Shown here in pieces: positions 19,373 through 27,876 of a stretch of DNA of 64,000 nucleotides; the first letter of the stretch is position 1, and each line of letters opens with the position of its first letter. The position numbers were made by a program, and so were the translations under genes. This stretch comes from a virus (lineage: Duplodnaviria; Caudoviricetes): IMG/VR virus record IMGVR_UViG_3300037418_002332; one strand, given 5' to 3'. Below the pieces are notes generated by a model that worked only from the letters and a program-made list of their open reading frames with translations, searched no databases and had not been told where the DNA came from.

Positions 19373-19951
19373 ATGCCATTATGGTCAAAATCAGGTCAAA
19401 GACCTAAGTATCTTGCTGCGGCAGATCGTAGAAATATCATCGCTACACCAGAAGGCTGGGTGAGACGTATTCAATACACCGGCACTGGTGGTATTGTTCG
19501 TAAAAAAGACGAAATCCTTGTTCATATTACCAACCTTTCTGGATTGGTTTCAATGGGCAATCCAGATATCGTTGAATTGTATGTTGCAAACTCAAGCGGT
19601 GGCACCACTATCAAGAGAAACCTTGTCAATAAGGTTAATGTGGTCTATAGTGAACCAATCTCAATTGCCACTTCTCCATCCATTCTCAATATGAACGTTG
19701 CAAACGTTGCTGGTGGTTCAGCAAAGGTGGCTGTCTCAGATACCAACAAAGCTAACATCGTTAACGCAAACAATACGCTTGTTTTCAGTTTCACTCCAAC
19801 CGTCGCTGGCACTTATAAAATCCAAGCGCAAACGCTCACTTCCAATGCCGCACACAAGGTTTACGGCATCTATGGTGGTGCGTCAGAAACCGCAAACACC
19901 GTTATCAGCGCCTCAGTTTCCAACACCCTATCAACTTTCGTGGTTGGCTAA
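19373..19951 (+). CDS. probable virion structural protein
   Basis: MPLW N-terminus, beta-rich, late promoter upstream. Confidence 0.6.
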   Translation: MPLWSKSGQRPKYLAAADRRNIIATPEGWVRRIQYTGTGGIVRKKDEILVHITNLSGLVSMGNPDIVELYVANSSGGTTIKRNLVNKVNVVYSEPISIATSPSILNMNVANVAGGSAKVAVSDTNKANIVNANNTLVFSFTPTVAGTYKIQAQTLTSNAAHKVYGIYGGASETANTVISASVSNTLSTFVVG

Positions 19952-20023
19952 CACGTTGATTTCATTAGGTTTCTAAAAAATCTTAAGAAATCTTCTTTTT
20001 TCTTCGGAACTGACACCTATATT

Positions 20024-20060
20024 CCGCGTTATCGCCTTACCGTGATGACGCGGTTTTGTT
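20024..20060 (+). terminator. GC hairpin plus U-tract
   Basis: CCGCGTTATC...GATGACGCGG-TTTTGTT. Confidence 0.55.
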
Positions 20061-20088
20061 ATGTAACTAGTGAAAAGGAGTCAATGCC

Positions 20089-20610
20089 ATGAATATGAAT
20101 CGTGAACAGCTCATTCGCTCGATTGAAACTGCCCGTGTTCGGGGCGTCGTTGTGCCGACCGAAGTTTTCGGACGCAAGATCTTCGTCAAGACCACGAAGC
20201 ACGATATCGTCGCTCAAATCCGGAACGAGTTCAAGGAAGCGCAGCCTACCAATATGCGTTTCCGTATCGACCAGGAAGCCTCGCTCGCGATCGTCGAGCC
20301 TGCCACCGGCAAGCGCGGCGGCAAAATCCATGACCATCTGAAGGCGGAACCTGGTGTTCCTGTTCCGAAGCGCGGTCGTCCTTTCTCCAAGAATCAGCCT
20401 CCTGCCGAACCGGAAAAGACGGAAAAGAAGGCCGCAAAGGTCCTTCCGTTAAAGAAGGTCGGCACCAAGGGAACTGGTTTGACCGCTCTTCCCAAGAATG
20501 AAGAAACCAAGACCCAGCCTTCTGGTGCCGCCGATCCGAACCATCCGAGTGGCGGTGGTGAAACGGGGCCAGCCAAGACCGAAAATGGAGACAACAATAC
20601 GCAGCACTAG
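20089..20610 (+). CDS. hypothetical basic protein with AT-hook-like KRGRP and P/K-rich tail
   Basis: GGAG SD, GC-richer codons, PKRGRP motif. Confidence 0.6.
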   Translation: MNMNREQLIRSIETARVRGVVVPTEVFGRKIFVKTTKHDIVAQIRNEFKEAQPTNMRFRIDQEASLAIVEPATGKRGGKIHDHLKAEPGVPVPKRGRPFSKNQPPAEPEKTEKKAAKVLPLKKVGTKGTGLTALPKNEETKTQPSGAADPNHPSGGGETGPAKTENGDNNTQH

Positions 20611-20625
20611 GCTGTAACTCGGCAA

Positions 20626-20655
20626 TGATCAGGGACGCCCACAAGTGTCCCTGAT
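20626..20655. terminator. hairpin, possible terminator
   Basis: ATCAGGGAC...GTCCCTGAT. Confidence 0.45.
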
Positions 20656-20675
20656 CCAACATCTGGGAGGCAGTT

Positions 20676-21353
20676 ATGTTATTGGTTCATGGTACTTCAT
20701 TGCCTGTGGCTCATCTTGCTATTCGTCAAGGATTGAGACCTAGAGGAAAATCCGAATGTCGTTGGGGTGGTTTCCCAACATCACCTGATGTCGTTTATCT
20801 CACCAATGCGTATGGCCTGTTTTATGCCATCAACGCAGCTGATGATAGCGATCAGGAAGTTTGTTTGATCGAAATTGATACTGATGTCATCGAGAAAATG
20901 ATGGTGGCTGATGAGGATACTCTTGAACAAACTTATCGTATGAATCGAAAGAATCCTTTGTATCCATTGGATTTTGATCCTGCATGGAATACTGCCAAAC
21001 GAACCCAGTGGTTTGCCAAAAATCTCATCATTGGGAAAACTCTTGGATATGATCACAAATGGTCATTGAAAAAGATGGGAAATTGCGCTCATTTTGGTTC
21101 AATTCCAAAAGATGCCATCACAAGAATTGTGTCAATTCAAAATGTCAATCACATGTGGTGGCTTCAATTTTTCGATCCCACCATTACGATGGCAAATTTC
21201 ATATTCCTTGGTGAGCAGTATCGTACATCACAGTTGGTCCTCATGGGACGTATGGAAGAAGCGATCGAGTTTTCCGGTCCTGCGAACCGCGATTATGTGT
21301 GGTGGCTTGAAAACCTCATTCACCCAAATCGTAAGGTGATTTACGAGCGCTAA
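20676..21353 (+). CDS. putative ADP-ribosyltransferase-fold protein
   Basis: LVHGTS..IRQGLRP, VYLT, FYA, LIEID pattern of H-type ART folds. Confidence 0.5.
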   Translation: MLLVHGTSLPVAHLAIRQGLRPRGKSECRWGGFPTSPDVVYLTNAYGLFYAINAADDSDQEVCLIEIDTDVIEKMMVADEDTLEQTYRMNRKNPLYPLDFDPAWNTAKRTQWFAKNLIIGKTLGYDHKWSLKKMGNCAHFGSIPKDAITRIVSIQNVNHMWWLQFFDPTITMANFIFLGEQYRTSQLVLMGRMEEAIEFSGPANRDYVWWLENLIHPNRKVIYER

Positions 21354-21472
21354 ATTAGGTCATCCTAATCTACGTAAAATTTCATTAAAACCTTAAATAG
21401 TGCTTTACTTAATTCAGCCGTCAAGCTATGTAGAACGTAGGGACGGGTACAATTGCTTCGGGGTGATTATAA

Positions 21473-21805
21473 ATGATATCCGATATGATTCTTATCGGCA
21501 GGGACATTGAGTTCTTGCCGGGTGTTGAAGACTTTAATTCCTACGTTGAATGCGGTATGCGAGCTACCATTGTTGATATTCAGCCTTATCCAGAAGATGG
21601 GTTGTTTGAAATCACTTTGGATTATCGCAAGTTCGAAGTATGGAATTTTCAGTTTGAATCCATGCGTTTCACTCATCGCAGCCGGGTACTGTCATTTCGT
21701 GACGCGTTTGGCTACTGCGAAGAGGAGACCTATTGCGTTTCAGACCACTTCGATCTGTTCAAACCTCTTGATGCGTTGGAAACGATCAAAATCGTTCTCA
21801 ACTGA
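21473..21805 (+). CDS. hypothetical protein
   Basis: ORF after promoter-like TTTACT at ~21404. Confidence 0.55.
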   Translation: MISDMILIGRDIEFLPGVEDFNSYVECGMRATIVDIQPYPEDGLFEITLDYRKFEVWNFQFESMRFTHRSRVLSFRDAFGYCEEETYCVSDHFDLFKPLDALETIKIVLN

Positions 21806-21860
21806 AATCTTCTATATCTTAGAAGAAAGTCCTTTACTTTTTGAAGCGAATCAAATAAGC
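21805..21860 (+). promoter_or_regulatory. early promoter-like element with upstream dyad
   Basis: AAATCTTC-N9-GAAGAAAG-tcc-TTTACT; -10 degenerate. Confidence 0.5.
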
Positions 21861-22141
21861 TGTTCCTGTGATACAGGAAACAAGCTTACCAAAAGCCTGG
21901 GGGTGGTACTGGATTGGTTCAATCTTCAAATGGGGATGTGTCATGAGTACAGTTTTGTTAGAGCGTTCTGAAATTAACGACTTTTTGAATTGTATGCACA
22001 ATGATGTTGGGGCTGATGTGTATCAGACAACAAAGGATAATCTCCCTCGTGCATACTTCGTGAAAGATTTTCAAATTTTACCAATTGAGGTGGGCTACGA
22101 TCCGCCTCAAATTTTTTATCGAAATAATGGAGAAGAGAATA

Positions 22142-22375
22142 ATGAGCAACTGGTTTTCCGATGCCTCAAACGGAGGAGAATTCAACAAGAACGTTGAAAT
22201 CGCAAGTCGTTTCGACGGATTGTTTAATCTTTGGAAAAAGGTTGTTCGGTTCGATGAAAAAGAAGGATACACCAGTTATTGGGAAGTCATCGGAGTTTTT
22301 GAGGACGAAGGCAAAGCGAAAGCTGGCAAGGAAGCCTATCGTGCGCAAATCAAAGCAGCAAAGGCAGCAAAATAA
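22142..22375 (+). CDS. hypothetical protein
   Basis: start moved to ATG 22142. Confidence 0.5.
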   Translation: MSNWFSDASNGGEFNKNVEIASRFDGLFNLWKKVVRFDEKEGYTSYWEVIGVFEDEGKAKAGKEAYRAQIKAAKAAK

Positions 22376-22376
22376 A

Positions 22377-22709
22377 ATGAAGATTACGATTGAAAACGCA
22401 ACACGCGATCAAAAGCGTGCATATATCACCGAGCTTCTTGAAGAAGCCAATTCACATTTCGTGACCGTTGAATTCACCAAGAAGAATGGTGAGGAACGTT
22501 CCATGAATATTCAACAAGCCGCTCTGAAGTTCCACGTCAAGGGTGACGAAGCTTCGGAATCAGCCAAGAAGGCTGTTGAAACTCGCAAGGCAAATCATCC
22601 AGAACTTATGGCGGTCTATGACGTGCAAAAGCACGAAATCCGCTCAATCAATCTCGATACCACCAGCATCGTTCGTCTGGGTGGTAAAGAGTATGTGTTC
22701 GCAGAATAA
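22377..22709 (+). CDS. SH3-fold (WYL_2/DUF2693-like) phage protein
   Basis: FVTVEFTKKNGEERSMN...VYDVQKHEIRSINLD. Confidence 0.65.
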   Translation: MKITIENATRDQKRAYITELLEEANSHFVTVEFTKKNGEERSMNIQQAALKFHVKGDEASESAKKAVETRKANHPELMAVYDVQKHEIRSINLDTTSIVRLGGKEYVFAE

Positions 22710-22752
22710 GCTGCGGCGCATTCCTTTCAACTTGATTTAGGAGAATATTGAA

Positions 22753-23685
22753 ATGAAACTCGCTCGAATTGGAATGTTCGCCGCAATTGCTTTTGCAGCT
22801 TTTGCGTCATTCACTTCTGTGGCTTCGGCCAATCCAACCATGACCATCTGTGGTGGTAAGCCTGGCGGCAATTATGATTATGTGGCTCATCAGGTTGCTG
22901 ATCAGCTGCGCGGTCAGATTGACGTTGCCGTTCTCAACACTGCTGGTTCTGGTGAAAATCTGGACAAGATCAAGTCTGGTGAATGCGATGTCGCAATCAC
23001 TCAATCCGATGCGCTGTATGTTTACGGCAAGGAAAAGGGTCAACTCGATTATTACAATATCACCAACGATGGTATGTACACCGAGTATTCAACCCTGATT
23101 TGCAATCGTTCGTCAAACGTTAAGTCCTGGGGTGATCTTTCAGTGAAAGGTTCCAAAATTTACGCTGGTGAAAAAGGTTCTGGCGCCGAAATTACCGCAC
23201 GTGGTTTGAAGGCAGCTGACGCTGAAGAAGGCGGCGATGCATATAAGGATCTCGCAATCCTGAATTCACCTGCTGACGCATCGCTTGTCAAAGTCAAGTC
23301 ACGTTCCGCTGATTGTCTGTTCTATGTCGGTTCCAAGGGCAACGAATTTGTCGGAGTCAAGGCTGAAAAGCTTGCAGCTGATTTGGTTGTTGTTCCGGTC
23401 GAAGACAAGGACTTCAATGACGTTGTCATGAAGGACGCAAACGGCAACGAAATCTCCGTTTGGACCCCAGTCGATATGCCAAGCGATACCTATGGCAAAA
23501 TCATGCCTTCTGGTACTCTTTGGGGTAACAAGTCTGTTCCAACCATCGGTGTCAATTCTTTGATGATCGCAAGTCAGTCATGGGCCGATGCCAATGAGCC
23601 AGCTTTCACTGCTCTTGGATTGACCATCGGTGACGTTGTCAATGCTGTCCGTGCTGACAAAAAGGTTGAGCTTGTTGTAAAGTAA
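22753..23685 (+). CDS. TAXI-family TRAP transporter solute-binding protein
   Basis: signal peptide; GGKPGGNY, TAGSGENL..IKSGECDVAITQSD, GEKGSG. Confidence 0.8.
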   Translation: MKLARIGMFAAIAFAAFASFTSVASANPTMTICGGKPGGNYDYVAHQVADQLRGQIDVAVLNTAGSGENLDKIKSGECDVAITQSDALYVYGKEKGQLDYYNITNDGMYTEYSTLICNRSSNVKSWGDLSVKGSKIYAGEKGSGAEITARGLKAADAEEGGDAYKDLAILNSPADASLVKVKSRSADCLFYVGSKGNEFVGVKAEKLAADLVVVPVEDKDFNDVVMKDANGNEISVWTPVDMPSDTYGKIMPSGTLWGNKSVPTIGVNSLMIASQSWADANEPAFTALGLTIGDVVNAVRADKKVELVVK

Positions 23686-23712
23686 ATCTCCCTTAGTTTC
23701 GGTGAGGTTGGG

Positions 23713-23743
23713 TGGGGAGTGGAGCAATTCACTCCCCATTTTT
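23713..23743 (+). terminator. intrinsic terminator
   Basis: TGGGGAGTG-GAGCAATT-CACTCCCCA-TTTTT. Confidence 0.8.
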
Positions 23744-23758
23744 CATTAGGAGAATTAA

Positions 23759-24010
23759 ATGAATTTAGAAAAATATCCACTTGAAACTGAAAGCAAGGAA
23801 TTGCTTTACACACGATTGATGGAAGAATGTTCTGAGGTTGCTGTTGAGGCAGCATTGATTGCAAAGTATTGTTCCAAATCATTAAGGTTTGGCTTCAAAG
23901 AATTCGATCATGTTGATATGCTTGCCGCTTTGGAAGGACTTGAATCAGAAATGAAAGACGTTAAACTAATTGCGGCTGAAGTTAAACGCAGATGGGATAA
24001 CAATGAATAG
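23759..24010 (+). CDS. MazG-like NTP pyrophosphohydrolase
   Basis: LMEECSEV...KSLRFG...EMKDV. Confidence 0.6.
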   Translation: MNLEKYPLETESKELLYTRLMEECSEVAVEAALIAKYCSKSLRFGFKEFDHVDMLAALEGLESEMKDVKLIAAEVKRRWDNNE

Positions 24011-24455
24011 GCGTGGATTTTTAGGTTTCTTTGCTGGAAGTGCGGCATTGGGCAAATCGGCAGTTGTTGAGCTTGAAAAGACAATCCTTCAGGAAGGACT
24101 TACAGCTAAGAATGCTTTGAAGTTCTTGCCTTTGGGCAAAAATGCAAAAGAACAAGATGCATCACCAATAAAAAGCTCATACATTCCAGAAAATCCGTTT
24201 GAGACAATCAAGCGTTACAAAAAGCAATTGGAAAAACTTTCACGCAGACCCAATTCAGAAACATTGAGGGATGCAGCTGATTATCGGCGCAAAGAAGAAA
24301 TTGTGAATTTGATTTCAGTTTCAAAATCACACAAACATCGAATGATCAGTGATGTAGATTACGACAGTTCATATCGTTACAATGAATTCAAATATGGCCG
24401 CTGGATTAAGAATTTGGTGGCTGGTCGTGATGAATATGATGATGGAGAAGATTGA
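24003..24455 (+). CDS. hypothetical protein with twin-arginine-like N-terminus
   Basis: MNRRGFLGFFAGSAAL. Confidence 0.55.
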   Translation: MNRRGFLGFFAGSAALGKSAVVELEKTILQEGLTAKNALKFLPLGKNAKEQDASPIKSSYIPENPFETIKRYKKQLEKLSRRPNSETLRDAADYRRKEEIVNLISVSKSHKHRMISDVDYDSSYRYNEFKYGRWIKNLVAGRDEYDDGED

Positions 24456-24811
24456 TGATCATGTATATGATTCGCCACATTCCAACTAAACAAATTTCTG
24501 CTGGCGGCAGTTCACCATATGGAAACCCAAAAGCCGAAGGGAAAATGTATGCCGGAATGGGTGCATTGAAAAATCATCTCAATTTGGGGTTGAGTTTTTG
24601 GTATGGAATGAATCCAGTGTTGCTTCATCTGAGTTCTCAATTTGAACCATATCTTCAATCGGAATTGATTAAACTGGATACAGAAACCTTCAACGCTACA
24701 TATGATTCACAATTCATTCCTAATTATCTCAAAGAACGTGCCTGCAAGATGCTTCAGGAAAAACCATATTACGCGATTGATCCAGAAACAAAATTTAAGT
24801 TGGGAATCTAA
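24455..24811 (+). CDS. hypothetical protein
   Basis: coupled ORF. Confidence 0.55.
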   Translation: MIMYMIRHIPTKQISAGGSSPYGNPKAEGKMYAGMGALKNHLNLGLSFWYGMNPVLLHLSSQFEPYLQSELIKLDTETFNATYDSQFIPNYLKERACKMLQEKPYYAIDPETKFKLGI

Positions 24812-25182
24812 TGGCTGAAGAACGCAAACGCAGTGAAATGGAAAAACATTTGGATATGCTTGCCGCGCATCTAGATTACGATGAAGTTGCAATTCAAGCA
24901 ATCAAAGATTTGAGACGCGAAGCAAGTCAATATCAAGAACAACTTCATGCTCAAAAGAAAACTCTTGGTCGTGACGGTGCCGAACTAGGCAAGTGGATCA
25001 AGGAAGAAATCAAACAATACATGCGGTATGAAAAATCCGCAACGCTTTGGATTGATTGGTTCGAACGTGACGTCGATTTGTCATTCAAAGATTGGCCTGA
25101 AGAATATTATCCTGAACTTATGTACATTCACCGAACCTATTGGTTGAAACTGACGGAAAAATCATATGTCAAAAACAGTTGA
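24811..25182 (+). CDS. hypothetical protein
   Basis: coupled ORF. Confidence 0.55.
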   Translation: MAEERKRSEMEKHLDMLAAHLDYDEVAIQAIKDLRREASQYQEQLHAQKKTLGRDGAELGKWIKEEIKQYMRYEKSATLWIDWFERDVDLSFKDWPEEYYPELMYIHRTYWLKLTEKSYVKNS

Positions 25183-25399
25183 TCCTGAACCAACTCGTGT
25201 TGCTAACTGGAAAGCAAACATTGTCAATGGAGTTGATGAATACAATCGAAGGGTTGTGATTGAAACTGAAACCGACGATTTTGTCAGTGGCAAGTTCACT
25301 GAGATTGACGAATACACCTACAAGCACGACAAAGTGATAAGCGTGAAGCGAATTCCTACAACAATGCATTTTCATTACCGCAAGAAATCTTTGGCATAA
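25166..25399 (+). CDS. hypothetical protein
   Basis: coupled ORF. Confidence 0.5.
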   Translation: MSKTVDPEPTRVANWKANIVNGVDEYNRRVVIETETDDFVSGKFTEIDEYTYKHDKVISVKRIPTTMHFHYRKKSLA

Positions 25400-25401
25400 C
25401 C

Positions 25402-25457
25402 AAAGAAAGTGCTTTACTTTTCAACGGGTTAGTTTATAATGGTTGTATAAGGTGAAA
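25402..25457 (+). promoter_or_regulatory. early promoter with conserved leader
   Basis: AAAGAAAG-tgc-TTTACT-N16-TATAATGGTTGTATAAGGTGAAA. Confidence 0.8.
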
Positions 25458-25470
25458 TTAACTCGGTGAG

Positions 25471-25752
25471 ATGAAAGAAATGTCCTTCCCGATTCATCCT
25501 GATGATATGCCTTCTCCCCGCTTCGGTGGTTGGGCTGACGATTTCAATACTTATCGTGAAGCTTGCGAATATTACGGTTGTGATACTCCTGAGCAGATCG
25601 AAGCCGAAAATGAGTATTATGCTCGTGAGGAATATATCGCTTGGCAGGATGATCTGGAAACTCGCGGTCCTCGCATTCCTGAGGTTTTCGTTGAGCTTTC
25701 GGATGCTTCTCTTTGGAAGTCGTCTGCCTACGATGATGGTATTCCGTTTTGA
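25471..25752 (+). CDS. acidic hypothetical protein
   Basis: first ORF after early promoter. Confidence 0.6.
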   Translation: MKEMSFPIHPDDMPSPRFGGWADDFNTYREACEYYGCDTPEQIEAENEYYAREEYIAWQDDLETRGPRIPEVFVELSDASLWKSSAYDDGIPF

Positions 25753-25758
25753 GGTGAG

Positions 25759-25971
25759 GTGATGGACCGCGACACGGTAAAAGAAGAAATTCTTAGAGAT
25801 CTTAAGGGTCTCACCGATGGTCGCTATTTCACCAGAGTTTCGAAAGGTCTTGGACAATTGTTCCGTGAAATGGAACAGAATGGTTTAATCAAAATCAACA
25901 AGGTTTTGATTGAAGGCCGGAAACATCGTATAACGCAAGTCATTGCGTTGATGGAGAAACTCGATGGGTGA
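25759..25971 (+). CDS. hypothetical protein
   Basis: GAGG SD. Confidence 0.5.
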   Translation: MMDRDTVKEEILRDLKGLTDGRYFTRVSKGLGQLFREMEQNGLIKINKVLIEGRKHRITQVIALMEKLDG

Positions 25972-26145
25972 AAAAGTCACAGTTCAGAGACTTGAACTCG
26001 ATGACCGTGAGTTGGAGGACTATCTGTCCACCGCTTACGAAAACGGAAGCGAATTGCTGAGTCTCCAGCAAATTCCGAATGATAGTGGAGAGATTCGAAT
26101 TCGTGATGAACCTCTTCATAAATTTCTCATCGTGTTGAGGGAACT

Positions 26146-26424
26146 ATGATCAACATTATTCCTGGAACGGGTGTCCTGATTGAACGTGGCTCTGGAAAGT
26201 ATCTTGAGATCACGGAAGCAGTTGATGTGAAATTTCAATCCAGCTGGCAAAATGCTACTGTGATTGAGAAAGTGAAGTGGGATAATCCTGACTTGCGTCA
26301 ACAGATGATCGACTTCCATGAATTGAATTACACGGCTCATACATTGGAATTTGTTCCAATGGAAAAGTTGCTCGATCCTTTCGGGGATTGGCCTGAGCCT
26401 GATGAGGGTGACATGCGTCACTGA
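26146..26424 (+). CDS. hypothetical protein
   Basis: GAGG SD. Confidence 0.5.
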   Translation: MINIIPGTGVLIERGSGKYLEITEAVDVKFQSSWQNATVIEKVKWDNPDLRQQMIDFHELNYTAHTLEFVPMEKLLDPFGDWPEPDEGDMRH

Positions 26425-26430
26425 AGTTTT

Positions 26431-26565
26431 GCGGTATCAGTAAGCGAAAGCCTTAGAAACCTTTGTGAAGTGCGCATTACACAAAGGCAGACTCTGGTTA
26501 GTAGTGAGGTGGTCCTTCTGAGCGTGTTCATCACGTGGGGAGTTCGATCCTCTCCTACCGCTCCA
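26431..26565 (+). ncRNA. 135-nt tRNA-like RNA with encoded CCA
   Basis: 5' GCGGTA pairs with 3' TACCGC; discriminator T then CCA; T-arm GGGAG-TTCGATC-CTCTC; extra internal hairpins and no canonical anticodon arm. Confidence 0.65.
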
Positions 26566-26596
26566 AAGTTTCTATTTGGTGTAAAAGCTAAATAGG

Positions 26597-26664
26597 ATTG
26601 TTGCCGTTGATATTTCAACGTTAAGGTGTGGAACACGCGGGTGCAATTCCCGCCGTCTCCACCA
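26597..26664 (+). ncRNA. ssrA: two-piece (permuted) tmRNA, acceptor piece (5' end approximate)
   Basis: GCGGG-TGCAATT-CCCGC T-arm, CGTCTCC-A-CCA; GTGTGGA pairs with TCCGCGC of the coding piece. Confidence 0.85.
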
Positions 26665-26799
26665 TGGCTAAAACGAGACTGGACTGGTCATGTTTACATG
26701 ATTCGGAAAAGCGTACAGATGTTATGTTAGTTAGTCAATAATCTTCGAGAAATCGCCATTATTGAGGTTGACATAGCTTGAAATCGTTTTAGCTTTGAT

Positions 26800-26980
26800 G
26801 GGGACGAATTAGGATCGACTCCGCGCGCATAGGAAGAAAAGTAGGCAATTCGCTGACCGAGCGGTCAAACAAAATAAAGGACAACGATAACTTCGTTCCT
26901 ATGGCAGTTGCTGCGTAAGCAGTAGACTCCAATGAGCTTTTGCCGGTTTTGGCTTGGAAACAGAACAAAACCGGCATTCA
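26800..26980 (+). ncRNA. ssrA: two-piece tmRNA, coding piece; tag (A)DNDNFVPMAVAA at 26880-26918
   Basis: GGGGACG completes a 7-bp acceptor with G3:U70; GAATTAGGATCGAC; alphaproteobacterial-type tag; terminal TGCCGGTTTTG/CAAAACCGGCA hairpin. Confidence 0.85.
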
Positions 26981-27038
26981 TTACATTCAACGAAGATTTC
27001 TCTTTACTCAATGAAATGTTTCAGTTATTGTTATTATA

Positions 27039-27221
27039 GTGGTAATGGAGATTGAAATGGCCGCTATTTCTGACGCTGAATGGGTAAAGCTGGTTCGTGA
27101 TGAGGTGTTGCGGGCTTTGATGCTTTCGCCTCTGACTAAAAATGAAATTTTGGATCTTCTTGATTCTCTGCGCGCTGAAGTGGCTGCGCAGCCGGTTTCT
27201 AAGGTGACTCCTTCGGTCTGA
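27039..27221 (+). CDS. hypothetical protein
   Basis: ORF after GAAGATTT-ctc-TTTACT promoter. Confidence 0.5.
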   Translation: MVMEIEMAAISDAEWVKLVRDEVLRALMLSPLTKNEILDLLDSLRAEVAAQPVSKVTPSV

Positions 27222-27233
27222 GGTTCTTTTAAT

Positions 27234-27875
27234 ATGCTGATGTTTTCTGATGAATTCCACCAGTGGGCTGGATTTCGCTTCGAAGAGTTTAAATCAATCT
27301 GTCAGAAAATTTCCAGAGAACTTGATCTCCAACAGGAATTTATCGACATTGGTGTTGCACCAGATGTTGCTGATGCTGTTGCTGAAGGCAACATTGGTGA
27401 AGTCAAGCGAGTAACGTTCAACAGTAGGGAACGGTTTCATTCTGTTTACGAATTTGCCTATGTAGCGGCGCATGAAATGCGACATATTTGGCAATATGCG
27501 AACAAAGTTTTTTCGCCTTGGACATTCTATCCCAGTGGTGCTTATATTGGATGCGATCGGTTTGGTGTTTGGAAAAACTGTTTGATTTTCATTCCTAGCA
27601 ATAAAACTGACAGCGATCATTTTTGTCATCCTTTCGAGATTGACGCTAACGAATATGCGCATCGATTTGTCTCTAACATTGAGGCCGATCGTGAAAATTC
27701 GAAAGAAACTTTTTGGTCCGGGTTGGTTGATAAAATCATGGGCCATTATGAAATCTACGGTTTCAATGATACGCTTGAACAGAGAAAAGCGAGTAAAGCA
27801 TATCACGACTTTGAAACCGTAGAATTGGCAGTCAATCAGTTGAAGCATCATGGTTGTGAAATAGAGGATTATTGA
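27234..27875 (+). CDS. zincin-like metallopeptidase-domain protein
   Basis: AHEMRHIWQ (HExxH) and PFEIDANEYA (third ligand E). Confidence 0.7.
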   Translation: MLMFSDEFHQWAGFRFEEFKSICQKISRELDLQQEFIDIGVAPDVADAVAEGNIGEVKRVTFNSRERFHSVYEFAYVAAHEMRHIWQYANKVFSPWTFYPSGAYIGCDRFGVWKNCLIFIPSNKTDSDHFCHPFEIDANEYAHRFVSNIEADRENSKETFWSGLVDKIMGHYEIYGFNDTLEQRKASKAYHDFETVELAVNQLKHHGCEIEDY

Positions 27876-27876
27876 T

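Noticed and set aside
26431-26565. Canonical decoding tRNA
   Set aside because: 135 nt with no 5-bp stem/7-nt anticodon loop found; reported as a tRNA-like ncRNA instead
26664-26741. 25-codon ORF in the tmRNA intervening segment
   Set aside because: Its ATG overlaps the CCA end, it has no SD, and the segment would be excised
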